NCBI GenBank assembly: GCA_965368975.1
Contig: CBDUPA010000014.1
Location: 64,001-128,000, forward strand
DNA from: an uncultured bacterium
Lineage (GTDB): Bacteria; Acidobacteriota; Thermoanaerobaculia; Multivoradales; JAHZIX01
Direction of reading: 5' to 3'
Length of the DNA: 64,000 nucleotides
Position numbers and translations under genes: made by a program. The notes beneath the pieces were generated by a model that saw only the letters and a program-made list of their open reading frames with translations, was not told the origin of the DNA and made no database searches. Shown here one piece after another: positions 49,161-57,694 of this stretch (position 1 is its first letter; every line of letters begins with the position of its first letter).

Positions 49161-49466
49161 AAGTACCTGGCACCTCGCCTGGGTCACGCCATAGACACTG
49201 ATTCCCAAGTCTGCGTAACCCACCTCAGAGTTCAACATCACAACTCGCCGACGCGGAGCACCCTATGGCCTCAAGTCGACTTCGGGCTACCTTCAAGTGG
49301 ATTGCCCTAGTAGTACTCCTGTTGTTCCTCGGCAGCTGCGCCAACTATTTCTGGAACGCCAAGCAGAAGCTGGACCGCAAGGTCACCGTAACCCGCATGA
49401 TGGAACTCGCGAATGGCATGGTGCAAGTTTGGTGAGCAGAGCAAATCGAGAGAAGTACCTGGCACC
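49161..49466 (+). repeat. Pair of 14-bp direct repeats AAGTACCTGGCACC
   Basis: Exact copies at 49161-49174 and 49453-49466; the core is the reverse complement of GGTGCCAG. Confidence 0.85.
49265..49435 (+). CDS. 56-aa membrane/lipoprotein-like ORF, possibly a truncated gene fragment
   Basis: MASSRLRATFKWIALVVLLLFLGSCANYFWNAKQKLDRKVTVTRMMELANGMVQVW; GGAG RBS; LGS-C lipobox-like. Confidence 0.5.
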   Translation: MASSRLRATFKWIALVVLLLFLGSCANYFWNAKQKLDRKVTVTRMMELANGMVQVW

Positions 49467-49691
49467 CCTAGACACAACCCGCTCTTAAGCCAGCTCGTAC
49501 TTGAGATCACACCGGAGGGCAAGTACACTGTTCGCAGTAGATCTAATTTCAGAAAGGCGAGAGCCTCAACGAGAGACTGATCGAGAGATACACCTTCAAA
49601 TTGGTCAAGAATTTTGACCCAGAGATCTTGAAACATAAGGCGATTGCAATAGAAATAATTAGAGATAAGACAACACTGGAGGGCACAAAGA

Positions 49692-50276
49692 ATGTCTCAA
49701 CAAGCCCGGTCACATCTCCCAGAAGATCTCTTTCAACGATTCCACAGACCCCTGACCCGCTTTTTCCGGCGCAAGGGAGCGTCACCCGAAGAGAGTGAAG
49801 ACCTGACGCAAGACATTTTCCTACGCATCCTCAAGACGACTTCGACCTTCCGAGAAGACTCAGACCTCGAAACGTGGCTGTTTCGTATAGCCCGAAACCG
49901 CTGGTTCAACCACCTGCGTGACCGCAACACTCTCAAGCGCGGCGCACCGGAAGTACCTCTCGATCTGGGAAATGAAGATTCTGACTGTGACCTCCCGATT
50001 GCCGCAGATGTCCAGACGGAACCCGACCCCGAGACACGCCTGCTGCGCCGGGAGACTGTCGAACACGTTCAGGGTGCTGTGCGTCAGCTATCACCGAGAA
50101 TGCAGGAGTGCTGCCTTCTGCGGCTGCGCGACCTCAAATACGAAGAGATCGCCGGTGAGATGTCCGTGCCACTCCAAACCGTCCGCTCTCAACTCTTCCA
50201 GGCGCGTCAACGTCTTAAAGAAACGTTGTCGACTGTTGACGCGATCGGCTTTTCGGTCCAATCTGAAAGAAAATAG
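49692..50276 (+). CDS. ECF RNA polymerase sigma-70 factor
   Basis: EDLTQDIFL, TWLFRIARN (region 2); LSPRMQEC..LR...YEEIA.....TVRSQLFQARQRL (region 4); GGAGG RBS. Confidence 0.92.
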   Translation: MSQQARSHLPEDLFQRFHRPLTRFFRRKGASPEESEDLTQDIFLRILKTTSTFREDSDLETWLFRIARNRWFNHLRDRNTLKRGAPEVPLDLGNEDSDCDLPIAADVQTEPDPETRLLRRETVEHVQGAVRQLSPRMQECCLLRLRDLKYEEIAGEMSVPLQTVRSQLFQARQRLKETLSTVDAIGFSVQSERK

Positions 50277-50294
50277 TAGCGTAGCCTCGTGCCC

Positions 50295-50687
50295 CTACCC
50301 AGAGCCTGACTCCCCCTCCCCCCGTGGCCAGCGCAACAGCAACGGCACGCAGAAGAAGATCAGGCTGATCACGACGCAGTACAGCGGCGCCAGGGGGGAG
50401 AAGTGCTGGTAGTTGGCCGGCATCATCGACCAGGTCAGGACGCCCAGGGACGGCGGGTGGAAGAGGTAGATGAGCAGGAGCTTGCGGCGGACGAGCGGGG
50501 GTTGACCGCGCCGCCGCGCGACATACACATTTCCCGCGATCCAGCCAGCGGCAGCGGCGGTGGCGAAGACGCCTCGCAGGGTGATGGCCAGGCGGTCACC
50601 CAGGTACACGACGCCCAGCAGATGCAGCACCGACGTGGCCCAGCAGGCCAGGAAGAAGGCGAAGAGGATAGACTCGAAGCGCTTCAT
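50295..50687 (-). CDS. Hypothetical membrane protein (about 4 TM)
   Basis: Hydrophobic segments; follows gcvPB on the same strand. Confidence 0.7.
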   Translation of the reverse strand: MKRFESILFAFFLACWATSVLHLLGVVYLGDRLAITLRGVFATAAAAGWIAGNVYVARRRGQPPLVRRKLLLIYLFHPPSLGVLTWSMMPANYQHFSPLAPLYCVVISLIFFCVPLLLRWPRGEGESGSG

Positions 50688-50717
50688 CCGGCCGGCTGGG
50701 TCCTCATACTCAGACGA

Positions 50718-52262
50718 TCAGGCTTCGGAGGCGTCGGCGTCCGGGAACCAGCGCAGAATGGTCTGACGGGCGGCGCGGACTTCGTCGCAGCGGCGCACGG
50801 GGGTGCTGTGCGGGGCTTCCTTGATCACCTCGGGGCACTCTTCGGCCTCGCGCGCGATGCGGCGTAGGGCGTCGATGAAGGTGTCGAGGTCTTCCTTGCC
50901 GTAGCTCTCGGTGGGCTCGATCATCAAGGCACCGGAGACGATGGTCGGGAAGTAGACGGTCGGCGGATGGAAGCCATAGTCCATCATCCGCTTGGCGATG
51001 TCCATGGTGGTGACGTGCTGGTCGTGCTGACGCTTGTCGTTGAACACGACCTCGTGCAGGGTCGGCGACTTGTAGGGCAGGTGGTAGACGTCTTCCAGGC
51101 CCTTGCGCACGTAGTTGGCGTTGAGCACGGCCGTCTCGGCGACGTTGGCCAGACCCTGACCGCCCATGGCGAGGATGTAGGAGAGGGCGCGCACGAACAT
51201 GCCGAACTGGCCGTGGAAGCTGCGCACGCGGCCGATCGAGTCGGGGCGGTCGGTGTCGAGGTAGTAGCTGCCGTCGTCGGCACGCTCGACCATCGGATTG
51301 GGCAGGAAGGGGACGAGTTCGTCCGAAACGCCCACCGGACCGGAGCCGGGACCGCCACCGCCGTGGGGGGTGGTGAAGGTCTTGTGCAGGTTCATGTGCA
51401 GCACGTCGACGCCCATGTCGCCGGGACGGGCCTTGCCGACGAACGAGTTGAAGTTGGCGCCGTCGCAGTAGAGGAAACCGCCTTTGGCGTGAACGATGCG
51501 GGCGATCTCGAGGATGTGGTCCTCGAAGACACCGAGGGTGTTGGGCACGGTGAGCATCAACGCCGCCACGTCCTCGGTCATCGCCGCTTCCAGGTCGGCC
51601 AGGTCGAGGGTGCCCTGCTTGTTGGACACCAGTTCCTTGACGTCGAAGCCGGCAAAGCGGGCGGATGCCGGGTTGGTGCCGTGGGCGGAGTCGGGGATCA
51701 GGACGTAGCGGCGATCCTCACCACGCTTGCGCAGTGCAGCTTGTGCCAACAGGATGCCGGTCAGCTCGCCCTGGGCACCTGCAGCCGGCTGCAGCGTGAC
51801 GCGCGACAAGCCGGTGAGGCGGATCAGGATCTGCTCCAGCGTGTGCATCAGCTCCAGGTTGCCCTGCACCGTCGAGTCCGGCTGCAGCGGGTGGCTGAGC
51901 GCGAAGCCGGGGCGCCGCGCCAGCTCTTCGTTGATGCGCGGGTTGTACTTCATGGTACAGCTGCCGAGCGGATACAGCGCCAGGTCGGGGGCGTAGTTGC
52001 GCCGCGACAGGCGGGTGTAGTGCCGCAGCACGTCGACCTCGGACAGCTCGGGCATGCCCTCGATCTCGTCGCGCACCAGGTCGGCGGGCAGCAGGCTGTC
52101 GAGCGCCTGTTCTTCGACGCCCGAGGCTGGTAGTTGCACGCCGATACGGCCGGGGCGGCTCTGTTCGAACAGCAGCTGCGGGTGGCGCCAGGCGATGCGC
52201 GGATGGGTGGTGCCGACGTCCGAGGTCTCGGGGGTGGTGGTCTTTTTCTCGTGGGTGCTCAT
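50718..52262 (-). CDS. gcvPB: Glycine dehydrogenase subunit 2
   Basis: PLGSCTMKYNP, QPAAGAQGE, SAHGTNPAS, NLHKTFTTPHGGGGPG, IEPTES. Confidence 0.96.
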   Translation of the reverse strand: MSTHEKKTTTPETSDVGTTHPRIAWRHPQLLFEQSRPGRIGVQLPASGVEEQALDSLLPADLVRDEIEGMPELSEVDVLRHYTRLSRRNYAPDLALYPLGSCTMKYNPRINEELARRPGFALSHPLQPDSTVQGNLELMHTLEQILIRLTGLSRVTLQPAAGAQGELTGILLAQAALRKRGEDRRYVLIPDSAHGTNPASARFAGFDVKELVSNKQGTLDLADLEAAMTEDVAALMLTVPNTLGVFEDHILEIARIVHAKGGFLYCDGANFNSFVGKARPGDMGVDVLHMNLHKTFTTPHGGGGPGSGPVGVSDELVPFLPNPMVERADDGSYYLDTDRPDSIGRVRSFHGQFGMFVRALSYILAMGGQGLANVAETAVLNANYVRKGLEDVYHLPYKSPTLHEVVFNDKRQHDQHVTTMDIAKRMMDYGFHPPTVYFPTIVSGALMIEPTESYGKEDLDTFIDALRRIAREAEECPEVIKEAPHSTPVRRCDEVRAARQTILRWFPDADASEA

Positions 52263-52279
52263 GCTGATTCCTCGGAGCC

Positions 52280-53776
52280 TCAGGCCGCGCCAGCGGACGC
52301 CCGGCGCAAGGGGGTCACATTGCCACCACGGACGGGCTTGGCGGCGACGGCTTCACCAGTGTCCTTGAGGGCGTCGATCAGGCGGTCGATGTCCTCCGGG
52401 CTGGTGCACTCGGTGACCGCGACCAGGAAGCTGTCTTCGAGCTCCGGATAGTCGGGACCCAGCGGTACGCCGGCGAGCACACCGCGCTCGCTCAGCTCGG
52501 CGAGCAGGCGCGACACGGGTTGGCTGGAACGGACGGCGAACTCGTTGAAGCAGGGCGAGCCGTCGAGCGGTCCGAAAGGACTGCCGAAGCCCGCCTCGGC
52601 CAGGCGACGGCGGGCGTAGGCGGCACGCTGCAGGTTGAGCTCGGCCAGGCGACGCAGTCCCTTGCGACCATGCAGGCCCAGGTACAGCGTGGCCCCCAGG
52701 GCGCACAGGGCCTGATTGGTGCAGATGTTGGACGTCGCTTTTTCGCGCCGGATGTGCTGCTCGCGGGTCGACAGAGTGAGCACGTAGGCGCGCTCACCGT
52801 CGGCGTCGACGGTCTCGCCAGCCAGGCGTCCGGGCAGGGCGCGCAGGAACTTCTGGCGTGCCGCCATGAAGCCGAGGTATGGGCCACCGTAGGCCAGCGG
52901 TAGGCCGAAGCTCTGGGCTTCGCCGACCACGATGTCGCAGCCGCCATCACCGGGGCTTTGCAGCAACGCCAGGCTGAGCGCCTCCGACACCACGCCGACG
53001 GTCAACGCCCCGTTGGCCGACGCCGGCACCGAGACGCGTTGCCACGGCTCGACGACACCGAAGTAGTTGGGCGACTGCACGGCGACGCAGGCGGTGTTGT
53101 CGTCCAGCTCGGACTCGAGCTGCACCAGATCGACGCGGCCGGTGTCGTCCCAGCCGATCTCGACGACCTCGATGTCGAGGTGGGCGAGGTAGGTGGTGAG
53201 CACCTGGCGGTAGTGCGGATGGACGCTGCGCGCGACGATCACCTTGTTGCGCTTCTTCTGCACGCGATCGGCCATCAGGATCGCCTCGGCGAAGCCGGAA
53301 CCGCCCTCGTAGAGGGAGGCGTTGGCCACCGGCAAGCCGGTGAGCAGCGAGATGAAGGTCTGGAATTCGAAAATCGCTTGCAGCGTCCCCTGACTCACCT
53401 CGGGCTGGTAGGGCGTGTAGACGGTGAGGAATTCCGAGCGCGTCAGGAAGCCGTCGATCATCGCCGGCGTCTCGTGACGGTAAGCACCGCCCCCCAGGAA
53501 GCTGATCAGGTCGCCGTTGCCGGGGGAACCCGCGACACGATTGGCAGCGGCCAGGCGATCAAAGCGCTGGCGCAGTTCCTGGTCGGACAGCGGACCCTCG
53601 ACATCCACATGCTGGCGCAGTCGGATCGACTCCGGCAGCGCGTCGAACAGGCGCTCTACCGAGTCGACACCCACCGCTTCCAGCATCTCTCGCCGGTCTT
53701 CGGGGCCGACGGGCAAATAGCGATGCCCCGGGGCCGTCGAGCCGCCGGGACCTTGGCGCGAATCATGGTCGGTCAT
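52280..53776 (-). CDS. gcvPA: Glycine dehydrogenase subunit 1
   Basis: YTPYQPEVSQG.LQ.IFEFQT, GGPYLG, TREQHIRREKATSNICTNQ; ATG at 53776. Confidence 0.95.
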   Translation of the reverse strand: MTDHDSRQGPGGSTAPGHRYLPVGPEDRREMLEAVGVDSVERLFDALPESIRLRQHVDVEGPLSDQELRQRFDRLAAANRVAGSPGNGDLISFLGGGAYRHETPAMIDGFLTRSEFLTVYTPYQPEVSQGTLQAIFEFQTFISLLTGLPVANASLYEGGSGFAEAILMADRVQKKRNKVIVARSVHPHYRQVLTTYLAHLDIEVVEIGWDDTGRVDLVQLESELDDNTACVAVQSPNYFGVVEPWQRVSVPASANGALTVGVVSEALSLALLQSPGDGGCDIVVGEAQSFGLPLAYGGPYLGFMAARQKFLRALPGRLAGETVDADGERAYVLTLSTREQHIRREKATSNICTNQALCALGATLYLGLHGRKGLRRLAELNLQRAAYARRRLAEAGFGSPFGPLDGSPCFNEFAVRSSQPVSRLLAELSERGVLAGVPLGPDYPELEDSFLVAVTECTSPEDIDRLIDALKDTGEAVAAKPVRGGNVTPLRRASAGAA

Positions 53777-53799
53777 ACGTTGTGTCTTCTTCGTCCAGA

Positions 53800-54195
53800 C
53801 TATTCTTCTTCGTCGTCGCCGGCTTGCACGAACTCGGCGTACTGCTCGGCGTTCATCAGCTCTTTGAGGTCGTCGGCCGAGAAGAACTTGAGCTTCACCA
53901 GCCAGCCATCCGTATGCGGCGCATCGTTGACCAGCTCCGGGTCGTCGGCGACGGTTTCGTTGATTTCGACGATCTCGCCGGCAACCGGCGTGAACACTTC
54001 CGCCACCGCCTTGACCGACTCGATGGTGCCGATCTCGTCGTGCGCTTCGTAGGTCTGCCCGACCTCCGGTAGCTCGACGAACACCACTTCGCCCAGCTCC
54101 TTCTGAGCGAATTCGGAAATTCCCAGGGTGCAGATGTCTTCTTCTACGCTGACCCACTCGTGGTCGGTCGTGTAGAGATAATTGCTCGGGTACAT
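53800..54195 (-). CDS. gcvH: Glycine cleavage system H protein
   Basis: HEW, GIS.FAQ.ELG.VVFVELP, IESVKA lipoylation motif. Confidence 0.97.
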   Translation of the reverse strand: MYPSNYLYTTDHEWVSVEEDICTLGISEFAQKELGEVVFVELPEVGQTYEAHDEIGTIESVKAVAEVFTPVAGEIVEINETVADDPELVNDAPHTDGWLVKLKFFSADDLKELMNAEQYAEFVQAGDDEEE

Positions 54196-54308
54196 GGCAC
54201 GCCTCCTCAGGCCCCTGGAGCGAGGCCGGTATCCGCGATGGGTCGCTTGGCTTTATCTGTCCTTCTGCAGGATCTGTGACTTCTTCAGGATCTCAGGCTT
54301 CTACGAGA

Positions 54309-55415
54309 TTACTTGGCGCGGCGGTAGAACGGCGTCTCCACCACACGTGCAGGCAAGCGCCGGGAGCGCACCTGCAGTGTCAGTTCGCTGCCGGGCTCCG
54401 CCATCTCGACCGGCACGTACGCCAGGCCGAGCGCTTTCTCGAAGCTCGGGCTGAAGGTGCCACTGGTCACCTGCCCGACCGGCTGTTCGCCGCGCAACAC
54501 GGCGTGGCCCTCGCGCGCGATGCCCCGGCCCTCGACTTCGAAGCCGACCAGCTTGCGGCGCACGCCGGAGTCGCGCTGCTCGACCAGCGCCTGGCGGCCG
54601 ATGAAGTCGCCCTTGGCCAGCTTGACGGTCCAGTCGAGCGCGGCATCCCAAGGCGTCGTACTGTCGTCGATCTCGTGACCGTAGAGCGCCATCGCCGCCT
54701 CCAGGCGCAACGTGTCGCGCGCGCCCAGGCCTGCCGGCACCAGGCCATGCGTCTCGCCCGCGGCCATCAGCGCCCGCCACACCTGGGCGGAGCCGTCGGG
54801 CGGCAGGTAGAGCTCGAAGCCGTCTTCCCCGGTGTAGCCGGTGCGCGAAACGATGCCCTCGACGCCGTCGACGCTGCCCTGCGCGAAGCGGTAGTAGCGG
54901 ATAGCGTCGAGGTCGAGGTCGGTGAGCTGGCGCAGGATGTCGACCGCGGCCGGGCCTTGCAAGGCCAGCAGCGCCCACTGCTCGGACACGTTCTCCACCG
55001 TAACGTCTCCGCTGACGTGCCCGCGTACCCAGTCGAAGTCCTTGGCCACGTTGGCGGCATTGACCACGACCAGGAAGTCGGCCTCGTCCAGGCGGTAGAC
55101 CAGGATGTCGTCGAGATAGGTGCCGCGCTCGTTCAGCAGGGCACTGTAGTGCGCCCGGCCGGGCTTGAGCTTACTGACGTCATTCGGCGTCAGCTGCTGC
55201 AGGAACGTCTCGGCGTCCGGACCGCTGACGCGCAACTCCCCCATGTGGGAAACGTCGAACAACCCGGCGGCACTGCGCACCGCGCGGTGTTCGTCCATGA
55301 CGCCCAGGTACTGCACCGGCATCTGCCAGCCGGCAAACTCGACAAACTTGGCTCCGGCCTCTTTGTGACAGTCGTACAGGGCCGTTTGCTGCGGATTCGG
55401 TGTCGCTGTGCTCAT
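54309..55415 (-). CDS. gcvT: Glycine cleavage system aminomethyltransferase
   Basis: [39 protein letters not shown]. Confidence 0.97.
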   Translation of the reverse strand: MSTATPNPQQTALYDCHKEAGAKFVEFAGWQMPVQYLGVMDEHRAVRSAAGLFDVSHMGELRVSGPDAETFLQQLTPNDVSKLKPGRAHYSALLNERGTYLDDILVYRLDEADFLVVVNAANVAKDFDWVRGHVSGDVTVENVSEQWALLALQGPAAVDILRQLTDLDLDAIRYYRFAQGSVDGVEGIVSRTGYTGEDGFELYLPPDGSAQVWRALMAAGETHGLVPAGLGARDTLRLEAAMALYGHEIDDSTTPWDAALDWTVKLAKGDFIGRQALVEQRDSGVRRKLVGFEVEGRGIAREGHAVLRGEQPVGQVTSGTFSPSFEKALGLAYVPVEMAEPGSELTLQVRSRRLPARVVETPFYRRAK

Positions 55416-55667
55416 GCCCAGGGAGCGTACCGCAAAGCCCCGGCCGGTACCAGTCCAAATGCACTAGCTCAGATGACCAGTCCGCGCGGCCCGGGTGAGA
55501 AAGCGACGAAAAAACTTCAGGTCGCGGCGCAGGGATGTTCGATACCGAGGGTTCCAATCACAGACGCCGGCATGAACGACCCCGACCGGCAAGAGCTTCA
55601 GCTGAACGATCCGAGAACCAGAGCAAGATATCTCGACAACGAGACGATCCGAACAAGGAGACCTACC

Positions 55668-56264
55668 ATGCGCTTGATCCTGACCCTCCTCACCTGTGCC
55701 CTACTGCTCACCCTGCCCGCCGTCGCCCAGCCCCCTGGCCAATCCGGAGGTGGCTTCGGTGGCGGTCCCGGCGGCGTCGGCGGCGACGGTCCCGGCATGC
55801 GTGGCCCGGGTGGCCACGGTCCCGGTGGCCTCCACGGTGGCTTTCTGAGTCACCGCATCGCCGAGTACCTGGAGCTGACCGACGAGCAGATCGCCGCCGC
55901 CAAGCAGATCAAGGAAGACCTGCGCGCCGAAGTCGAACCCCTGCACGAGCAGGCACAGACCCAGCGTCAAGACCTGCGCGACCTCCTCGACACCGACAAC
56001 CCGGACGCCGCCACCGTCGGCCAGCTGGTGATCGACAGCCACGGCATCCGCGAGCAGGTCCGTAGTGCCGGCGAAGACGCCAAAGCCGCCTTCGTTGCCC
56101 TACTGACCCCGGAGCAGCTCGAGCTGTGGGAAGACCTGCAGAACATCCGCGACGTCTTCGGTCCCGGCAAGGGCCGCTTCGGTGGCGGTCCCGGCGCCGA
56201 GGGTGGCCCGCGCCACCGTGGTCCGCATGGTGGTGGCGAACGCTTCGGCGGCTTCGGCGGCTGA
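55668..56264 (+). CDS. Spy/CpxP-family (LTXXQ) periplasmic protein with Gly-rich flanks
   Basis: Signal peptide, LELTDEQ and LLTPEQ motifs; AAGGAG RBS. Confidence 0.85.
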   Translation: MRLILTLLTCALLLTLPAVAQPPGQSGGGFGGGPGGVGGDGPGMRGPGGHGPGGLHGGFLSHRIAEYLELTDEQIAAAKQIKEDLRAEVEPLHEQAQTQRQDLRDLLDTDNPDAATVGQLVIDSHGIREQVRSAGEDAKAAFVALLTPEQLELWEDLQNIRDVFGPGKGRFGGGPGAEGGPRHRGPHGGGERFGGFGG

Positions 56265-56368
56265 CGCCTGCAACTGAGGCCTGAAGTCCGATCTCTCAAA
56301 CTCGGAGGCAGAAGCCAGGAAGCTAAAGGCTCAGCAACCAGGTCGAGTCCTCCGACCTACCTTCACTT

Positions 56369-56436
56369 GCCCCCCCGGCGCCGACCTGACCTGAATGTCA
56401 GACCGGACCGCCCTGCCGGGGGGGCGTTTCTCTTTT
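56369..56436 (+). terminator. Terminator-like long-loop hairpin
   Basis: Perfect 11-bp inverted repeat GCCCCCCCGGC/GCCGGGGGGGC followed by a T-rich run. Confidence 0.5.
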
Positions 56437-56500
56437 CTGGGATCGCGGCCTGTATGATTGGGCGCATCGCCCACCCTAGCTTCAGGACCAAGGAAACTCG

Positions 56501-57619
56501 ATGCCCACGACCCAGTGCCCGTTCCGCCCACCGCATCGCCCACACGCCCGGTTCGCCCCTGCCTTGTGGCTTTCGCTGTGGGGGCTCGTCTTACCCTTGA
56601 TGCTCGCCGCGCAAACCATCGGACCCAGCGACGCAAACAGCAACGCCGAGACCTCCAACCCCAGCACCACGTCGACACGGTTCGAGCCGCTGCACCAGCA
56701 CATCCAGGAAGTCCTGGGCGACTCGCTGGCGACCGACCGGGCGGGTCTGCTGCTGATCCACGGCGGTGAGGTCGTCTACGAACGCTACTTCGGCAACTAC
56801 CATGCCGGCAGCGTCGTGCCACTGGGCTCGGCCAGCCAGTGGCTATCAGCGGCGCTGGTACTGACTCTGGTCGACAGCGGCCACCTGGAACTGGACGCCA
56901 CGCTCGCCGACATCGTCGAGACACTGCCGGACGGCACGCCGGCGCCACGGCTGCCGGACGACAAGAGCGGAATCACCCTGCGTCAGCTGCTCAACCACAC
57001 GTCCGGCCTGCCGTCTCAGCACACCTGCCTGGCCGAGCGCAATGTGACCCTCGCCAGCTGCGCCGAGCTGATCTTGCAGCAGCCCTTGAAGTCCCGCCCC
57101 GGGCGCGAGTTCCGCTACGGTGCCGCTTCGTACCAGGTCGCCGCCTACCTGGCTGAGCTGACCACCGGTCAGACCTGGCACGCGCTGCTGCGCCAGCGCC
57201 TGGGTGAACCGCTCGGACTCGGGCACACCGACTTCGGCGACGGTACCAATCCAATTGTGGCTTCCGGCGCCCGCTCCAACGCCAGCGACTACGCCGCTTT
57301 CCTCGAAATGCTGCTGCAACGCGGCCTGTCCCAAGGCCAGCGCTTGCTCAGCGAGGCCTTGATCACCGAGTTGCTGAGCGATCAGGTGGGCGACGCCGAG
57401 GTCGTCTACAGTCCCTACGAAGAGCGCCGCTACACCCTCGGTGCCTGGCGCCAGGAAGACCGCCTGAGCTGCCCTGGTACCTTCGGCTTCACTCCCTGGA
57501 TCGATCTCGACCCCGGCCTCATCGGCGTACTACAGGTCGTCGCCCGCCCGGACGTCGCCGATCCACTGGCCGTGCGCCTCCAGACCGAGGCCCGTGCCGC
57601 GCTCGAACCGACAGACTGA
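56501..57619 (+). CDS. Serine hydrolase, beta-lactamase (AmpC-like) family
   Basis: Signal-like segment, GSASQWL (SxxK position), ITLRQLLNHTSGL, PGREFRYG. Confidence 0.85.
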   Translation: MPTTQCPFRPPHRPHARFAPALWLSLWGLVLPLMLAAQTIGPSDANSNAETSNPSTTSTRFEPLHQHIQEVLGDSLATDRAGLLLIHGGEVVYERYFGNYHAGSVVPLGSASQWLSAALVLTLVDSGHLELDATLADIVETLPDGTPAPRLPDDKSGITLRQLLNHTSGLPSQHTCLAERNVTLASCAELILQQPLKSRPGREFRYGAASYQVAAYLAELTTGQTWHALLRQRLGEPLGLGHTDFGDGTNPIVASGARSNASDYAAFLEMLLQRGLSQGQRLLSEALITELLSDQVGDAEVVYSPYEERRYTLGAWRQEDRLSCPGTFGFTPWIDLDPGLIGVLQVVARPDVADPLAVRLQTEARAALEPTD

Positions 57620-57694
57620 GCTCGCCGCGCAGGACGGTCGCGGCCTCCCACGGCAACGGCCGGACACTCGGCTCTCCTGGTATCCTGCCGCGCC

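Noticed and set aside
49307-49636. 109-aa minus-strand ORF in the island
   Set aside because: No recognisable motif or RBS, and it crosses the direct repeat; the plus-strand 56-aa ORF is better supported.
52280-54157. 625-aa GcvPA with long N-terminal extension
   Set aside because: The extension overlaps gcvH in another frame; homology begins after ATG 53776.
55416-55667. Glycine riboswitch upstream of gcvT
   Set aside because: I could not find the conserved aptamer motifs by eye; an Rfam scan would settle it.
54276-56264. 662-aa plus-strand ORF suggesting a fusion protein
   Set aside because: Its N-terminal part is antisense to gcvT; the real gene starts at ATG 55668 after AAGGAG.
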